The notes below the pieces were generated by a model. That model was not told the DNA's origin. It worked only from the letters and a program-made list of their open reading frames with translations, and did not search any database. Below, one piece after another: positions 57,421 to 64,000 of a stretch of DNA of 64,000 bases. The first letter of the stretch is position 1; each line of letters begins with the position of its first letter. Position numbers and translations under genes: made by a program. This DNA comes from Malacoraja senta (Eukaryota), in contig CM075990.1 in the NCBI GenBank assembly GCA_038087875.1, forward strand, positions 10,356,001 to 10,420,000, written 5' to 3'.

Positions 57421-57884
57421 CTGGAAATCTTTTCAGTGGTAATGGGCACATTAATCCCATTTGTCTCATTAAATGTCTATTTAATATCAGCAACCTTTGT
57501 TGCATTTTTGATCCTAAATGAGATTGGATCACATACCTTTACCATCAGTCTATTTTCTCCTCTGTGTTGTTGCTCAACTCCACATTTTCTGCTGAAACCC
57601 TAGCCATAGCTTTGGTATTTTGACACAGTAATCCTAACATATTCCAAGCAAGCCTCCCTCTGTATACCCTGTATTAACTTGAGCCATTTAAGCTCTTCTA
57701 CCAGTCTTTAAATCACCAGTATTTCCGTGCTCGCTAAATCACATTAGCTCTCGATTAATCAATGCTTAGGTTTTAAATTTCTCACCTCTGTTGTCAAACC
57801 ACTCCAGGCCTCCTTCTCCCCAGCTTTGCACATTCCTTTGCAACCTCACCTATCTACACAACATTCAGTGATATACAATAAGTT

Positions 57885-58181
57885 TACACTTTTAGAGATA
57901 CAGCTCAGAAACAGGCCCCACGGCCCACCAGGGCCACGCCGGCCAGCAATCAACCCATACACTAACCTATAGACACTAGGGAAATTTTACAACTTACCGA
58001 AGCAATTAACCTACAAACCTGCACGTCTTTGGAATGTGGGAGGAAACTGGAGCACCCGGAGAAAACCCACGCGGTCACAGGAAGAACGTACGAACTCCGT
58101 ACAGACAGCACCCGTAGTCAGGATCGAACCCGGGTCTCTGGCACTGCAAGGCAGCAACTCTACTGCTGCGCCACCGTGCCA
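57885..58181 (-). mobile_element. HE1/V-SINE-like SINE, full length and young
   Basis: GGAGCACCCGGAGAAAACCCACGC V-domain, CAGGATCGAACCCGGGTCTCTGGC B box and CTGCGCCACCGTGCC head. CpGs are retained. Confidence 0.92.
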
Positions 58182-58347
58182 TCCAACTGGAGTCTGAAAA
58201 CTCCTCTTTAAATTCAAGGTTATAAGTTACATTCAGTCCCTTCAATGTAAGTCTGTGATGGAGGAAATATTTGGTTGTGTATTGAGACATTCCTTGGATG
58301 CAGGAAAATGCTGGAAAAATATCAGACGAGAAAAGGTGAATTACATT

Positions 58348-58716
58348 AAGGGCCTGTCCCACTTATGCGACCTTTACAGGCGACTGCCGGCACCCGTGAT
58401 AGGTCGCCCAGAATTTTAAACATGTTGAAAATTCAGCGGCGACCAGAAAGACGTTACGACTCTTTGGAAACCTCTCACGACCATATAGGCGACCACTGGA
58501 GACATGTCGCGGGTGACCTCTCACGACCATAGGAGACCTCTCACGACCATTCAGCCTGTATGGTCGTGAGAGGTCTCCTATGGTCGTGAGAGGTCTCCAA
58601 AGAGTCGTAGCGTCTTTCTGATCGCCGCTGAAATTTCAACATGTTGAAAATTTCGGCGACCTATCACGTGGTGCCGGCAGTCGCCTGTAAAGGTCGCGTA
58701 AGTGGGACAGGCCCTT
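58348..58716. mobile_element. Fold-back MITE, PIF/Harbinger-like
   Basis: TIR AAGGGCCTGTCCCACTTA(T/C)GCGACCTTTACAGGCGACTGCCGGCAC, with arms mirrored for about 135 bp. Central CTCTCACGACCAT repeats occur on both strands. Flanks are TA-rich, but no perfect 3-bp duplication is evident. Confidence 0.85.
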
Positions 58717-59067
58717 TTAAGGTTCCATTCAGGCTATTAAGGAATCTCTCCCATGACAGCCAAAGGTTCCCGAGGGAATGAGGAAAAATGCAAGGGGCGG
58801 GTCGTACCACTCTCCTATTTATTTGCAGGAAGGACAGCCCCCTCCCCCACCCCCACATGAGATGTTCTGCCCAAGTGAGGCCATGCCACTGCAAAATAGA
58901 GGGTGATCAAACTGACAGAGATTTTGCTGGCCGCTTGGAGGTGAATTGCATAGTAAGGCTGTAAAGAGTGAATGAGGCCAAACTAACGACAAGGTTTCTA
59001 TAAGCCCGAGCAATGATAACTATTACTGGTGCATGCCTGCATACTAGACAGCAGCAATACTATAGTC

Positions 59068-60460
59068 TAACATCGGTAGTGGGAAACTGCTAGTGTCAGT
59101 TATTAAAGATGGGATAGCAGCACATTTGGAAAGTGGTGAAATCATTGGACAAAGTCAGCATGGATTTACGAAAGGTAAATCGTGTCTGACGAATCTTATA
59201 AAATTTTTCGAGGATGTAACTAGTAGAGTGGATAGGGGAGAACCAGTGGATGTGTTGTATCTGGACTTTCAGAAGGCTTTCGACAAGGTACCACATAAGA
59301 GATTAGGATACAAACTTAAATCACACAGTATTGGGGGTTCAGTATTGATGTGGATAGAGAACTGGCTGGCAAACAGGAAGCAAAGAGTAGGAGTAAACGG
59401 GGTCCTTTTCACAATGGCAGGCACTGACTAGTGGGGTACCGCAAGGCTCAGTGCTGGGACCCCAGCTATTTACAATTTATATTAATGATCTGGACGAGGG
59501 AATTGAAAGCAACATCTCCAAGTTTGCGGATGACACTAAGCTGGGGGGCAGTGTTAGCTGTGAGGAGGATGCTAGGAGACTGCAAGGTGACTTGGATAGG
59601 CTGGGTGAGTGGGCAAATGTTTGGCAGATTGCAGTATAATGTGGATAAATGTGAGGTTATCCACTTTGGTGGCAAAAACGGGAAGGCAGACTATTATCTA
59701 AATGGTGGCCGATTAGGAAATAGGGAGATGCAGCGAGACCTGGGTGTCATGGTACACCAGTCATTGAAAGTAGATGCAGGTGCAGCAGGCAGTGAAGAAA
59801 GCGAATGGTATGTTGGCCTCATAGCAAGAGATTTGAGTATAGGAGCAGGGAGTTTCTACTGCAGTTGTACAGGTCTTGGTGAGACCACACCTGGAGTATT
59901 GCGTTACAGTTTTGGTCTCCAAATCTGAGGAAGGACATTATAGCCATAGAGGGAGTGCAGAGAAGGTTCACCAGACTGATTCCTGGGATGTCAGGACTTT
60001 CATATGAAGAAAGACTGGATAGACTTGGCTTATACTCGCTAGAATTTAGGAGATTGAGAGGGGATCTTATAGAGACGTACAAATTTCTTATGGGGTTGGA
60101 CAGGCTAGATGCAGGAAGATTGTTCCCGATGTTGGGGAAGTCCAGGACAAGGGGTCACAGCTTAAGGATAAGGGGGAAATCCTTTAAGACCGAGATGAGG
60201 AAAAAACCTTTTTCACACAGAGAGTGGTGAATCTCTGGAACTCTCTGCCACAGAGGGTAGTTGAGGCCAGTTCATTGGCTATATTTAAGAGGGAGTTAGA
60301 TGTGGCCCTTGTGGCTAAAGGGATCAGGGGGTATGGAGAGAAGGCAGGTACGGGATACTGAGTTGGATGATCAGCCATGATCATATTGAATGGCGGTGCA
60401 GGCTCGAAGGGCGAATGGCCTACTCCTGCACCTATTTACTATGTTTCTATGTATCTATGT
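59068..60460 (+). mobile_element. 5'-truncated CR1 LINE (RT domain and 3' UTR) with frameshifts
   Basis: Consecutive frames give [54 protein letters not shown] and RLRGDLIETYK. (TCTATGT)-type tail. Confidence 0.95.
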
Positions 60461-62162
60461 AACACTAATTGACAAATCTCTAAGCTTCTGATTTTGCATT
60501 GAGTGTTCATTGAACATCGTAGGTTGCACTCAATCTCTCCAATGTGGTTTATGATAGAGGAACTATTATTAATGCCTGATACCATTCCCAGAGATCAGTA
60601 CAGCAATGGAACACAGGAAGAGAGCTTTCTAAACACCTCCTGACGTGAAAAATTCAGGTCCTGGTTTAGTGCGTGATTCACCAGAGTTTGCCCAAACGTA
60701 CTACTTCCTGAGGGATAAACTAGTTGAGCATTTGCACACGTTTACACACCATAAAGTAAAAATCCAATATCTAGCAGAGGTCATCTGTGTAAATTGAATC
60801 AAAATTATTTTACACAGTCACTGTGGATTGGTTTTAGCTGCATGGCTGAACACAAAGATTCAGCACAGAGAGGAGAGTAGAGTTAATTTTCTAGGTAGGT
60901 GAACTTTTCTTGAAGGCTTGGAAAATTCCGTTGGAAGTTGCGTTAAGAGTCTCTGGAGGTAATGAGGTAGTGTGAACTCTCAAGTCACACTTGATGAGAT
61001 TTTTGTAATGAGAAATGATTTTATGACATAAGACAAGCGCAATTATGGCACAAGTCTCCTCAATGGAATTGTTGCTCAAAGGTCTGTTTTTCTTTATTAT
61101 TTCAAGTGACTTTCACGTGCTGCCACACCGGAATGTAACTCTATAATATTTATTTTTTGATGTAATTTATGCAATTAGAGGCCAGGAAGTACCCAGGGCA
61201 ATTCAACCTTTGCTTCTCCCACCCTGCATTTGGAACTAGTTCTAGTCATGCTGTGAGAGAAATGTCTGAGATCCTTCAGTGTCAACAGACCCTCCCCGAC
61301 AAATAACGCCTTTACGAATTAGGTAGTTAGAAAGCTCTGCTACTTTTTTTCCAAATGACGTTTGAAGCTTTTATCTGGATCCAAAATCTCCGGCTTTATT
61401 TTTCAATTCTACTGTTAAGCACACATACGACATGACTGGCAGCAGAACAGTGGCAATTTGGTAGTGTGATGTTCCCTAAACAAAGCAGCCAAAAAAGAAA
61501 TCTAACCAGAAGTCTGGGTCATTTCTGTCTCTTCTGGTTCTTCTCTTCTCTCTTATTTCTCTCTGACAGAAAGTTATTCCCTGACGCCTCTTGCCTGGTG
61601 TAGGTCTACATATTTAGACATCTGAGGTCAAGACGCAGGTCAAGGGTAGCGGAATAAAATACAATTGCTGAATGCATTGCTCATTAGCTGCTGCTACTGC
61701 ACTTATTTGGTCTTTAGTTCAAGTGTGGCATATATTTCCACGAAAAACTTCATTTGCTTAACAAGGATAATCCTCAGGGAAAGAGCACTTTGTGGACCGA
61801 TGAAGTTGCATGCCCATTAGCATTGCGACTGAAGCATAATAGCAGCAACAACCTGGCACTGGGAAACTGTGCAGAGAGGCTGGCAATGTGCTGGTGTGAG
61901 TCTCCTAGTACTCCGTTTTTTAACTGTGTAATGCAAGGCAGAACTCAGAGTAGGAACAGTCAGCAGACAATTCACAAGAAGATTGTTCGTGTCATTGGGT
62001 CACGGAGAACAGAAACAGGTCCGCTGGCCCCACCATTCCCATGCTGATTATTTACACTGTGCCACAAAGCCTCACAGTTGTAACTGGACTCCAAGTGCTA
62101 AAGTAGGAAGGAGAAGCACAATAATTCGTTTTATATTCAGTGGAATACAGAGAATTAAGGTA

Positions 62163-62830
62163 GAACACTAAAGTGCCAGAGTTACTCTGTGGGTCAGACA
62201 GCAAATCAAGAGAACATGGATAGGTGATGTTTCAGGTTGGGATCCTTCTTAAGACTGATTTCAGAAAGAGGAGGAAAACTTCTTCAAAGCAGGCATACCT
62301 TGCAGAAAATTCACAATGGACCATTAAAAAGTAGACTCAGGATGCTTGAATCTTGCGTGGAACACCAAGTGCTGGAGGAGCTACTCAAGGAGGATGGGAG
62401 CATCTCTGGAAGCCATGGATAGGCATCATGGATCTGCAGTTCCTCGTGTCCACAGATAATTAAGGGGTGACTTCATTAGCATTTGGAAAGAATTGATAAA
62501 GTAAATAAGGAGATTTATTTTCTATTGATGGCAGGCTAGGAAATATAACATTAAAATCAGAGCTGAGCCAATAACAGGCAAAATTATGAAACGGGTTTCC
62601 ATGAGAAGAGTGGTAGAAGTTGTAGTTCTCTCCAGCAAACATACTGCATGAAGCATTACCTGAAAGGGAGGTGGAGACTGAGAACTGTATCACATTTTAA
62701 AAAGTGGATGAGCACTTAAAGAGCTTTTAATCTACAAGGCAGTGGGCTGAGATTAACTAAACAGATCCTTTTCTAGTGAGCACGGACATAATGGACTGAA
62801 TGACCTTCTTTTGTGTTATGAATTTCCATG
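62163..62830. mobile_element. Decayed Penelope-derived pieces (about 62163-62450) followed by an old CR1 3' fragment (about 62460-62830, +)
   Basis: GAACATGGATAGGTGATGTTTC..CCTTCTTAAGACTGA, then AAGGGGTGACTTCATTAG..GAGTGGTAGAAG..GGATGAGCACTT..ATGGACTGAATGACC. Confidence 0.55.
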
Positions 62831-64000
62831 ATTCTGCAAAGCAGCAATAGATGCTGGCCAATTAGTAACTAAATCTGAGATCAATGGCTTTCTATGGAAG
62901 GTGCATAAAAGACTATGGAGAAAAGAGTTGGATGGAGTTAAGGCATTCGTAAGGGAGGTCAGGAAGTACTTTTCCACGCAAAGAATAATGAAAATCTGGA
63001 ATTCTGCATCACACACGTTTGCGGTTGCTGGAACATGTAGAGCTCCCTAAAATAAGGATGACAGCTAATGCTGTCGTATAGACTCATAGAGGCCTCTCAG
63101 ACGATCATATTGATCAAGCCTTCCGTGACTTGATATTCAAGTTTTCATGCATGTCCTTGTTAAACCTCCTCAGTGACCTGGTTCACAAGGTGGCTAAATA
63201 GAGAAAAGGTTCAGTTGATCCCACTGTAAGAAGACAGAATGAGTTTAAGACTCGTACGTTCTGCCTGAGAACCTAAATGGAATTGCATTGAAGCATTTTG
63301 TACGGCAACGGACATGGGTAAAACACACCGTTTTGTTTCACATTTGTGAGTTGGCTGCTTTTCAATTGTCAGGATCTGTCTTGCTGTGTGAATGTACCCA
63401 TGATGTATAGTAGAGCGAGAACAATAAAGGCCAAGGGCAACGGGAAGTTCTCAGTCCCGTAACTGTGCTACTGTGTAGGTGACGTGTTTACTTTAGAACG
63501 GGAGAACCTCTGCTAAAAATAATACGCAGCACGTTACTGGCAAAAAAAAAATCTCATGGGCAATGCTCCAAAACCTTTCATTTCAGAACAAGGACTATGA
63601 TTCTCGTTGACACGATCCAAATTCTGTCAGAATTCGTTGAGCAGGTGGGGAAGAGTGTCGTAGCACCAAATGACAAAAAAATACTACGTGCATCTGGGAT
63701 TAATCTTTTCTGACCTTTAACGCAAGAATGCAAGGAAGTGTCACAACTTAACATTTGTAATAGTCAATGATTGTAGCCAGGCTGCCAGTGATGCTTATAC
63801 ATGCCCTAGCATCCAGCGCGGTCAGTATGTGAGGTTATCCTGTGACACTGTGCCACCATGTCAGGGGAATAGCCCTGTTTGCTTTCTTTGCTGTGAGCAA
63901 ACCATATTAGCAATTAATTCACTCTATTTGCCAGATAGAGTCAAAGGGAAATAGATAAAGGCAACTCGACGGTTTGCATAAGAATAACATATGAACTCAG

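Noticed and set aside
57885..58181. tRNA gene suggested by A-box and B-box motifs (also at other SINE heads)
   Set aside because: The motifs continue into the SINE core and LINE-like tail, and no complete cloverleaf or terminator is evident.
1..64000. Host protein-coding exons
   Set aside because: No ORF outside transposons shows recognisable protein similarity or convincing splice-bounded coding character. Small exons cannot be excluded without RNA-seq or homology searches.

Overview
This is eukaryotic, repeat-rich non-coding DNA, either intergenic or from a very large intron. The repeat repertoire (HE1/V-SINE-like tRNA SINEs, CR1, Rex1/Babar, L2 and L1 LINE fragments, Penelope-like elements) points to a cartilaginous fish, probably a skate or ray; this assignment is an inference. 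I found no host protein-coding exon, rRNA, genuine tRNA or CRISPR array. Most listed ORFs are transposon fragments, microsatellite read-through or chance. Clear coding remnants are an uninterrupted L2-clade reverse transcriptase (49.4-51.0 kb), a CR1 reverse transcriptase with frameshifts (59.1-60.5 kb), a Penelope GIY-YIG endonuclease (26.4-27.1 kb), Rex1 and L1 C-termini, and a decayed Harbinger transposase with a probable Myb/SANT partner gene (15-20 kb). The most interesting signals are: (i) a perfect 32-bp palindrome between 8-bp duplications, shaped like a P-element excision footprint, whose empty site is visible in a paralogous copy 1 kb away; (ii) a 3.15-kb composite DNA transposon with one left end, three right ends and a 6-bp target duplication; and (iii) more than 20 short Penelope-derived elements with minimal hammerhead-ribozyme motifs, many inserted as inverted dimers inside 11-15 bp target duplications. 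Boundaries of decayed repeats are approximate (tens of bp). Family names come from motif recognition, not database searches.
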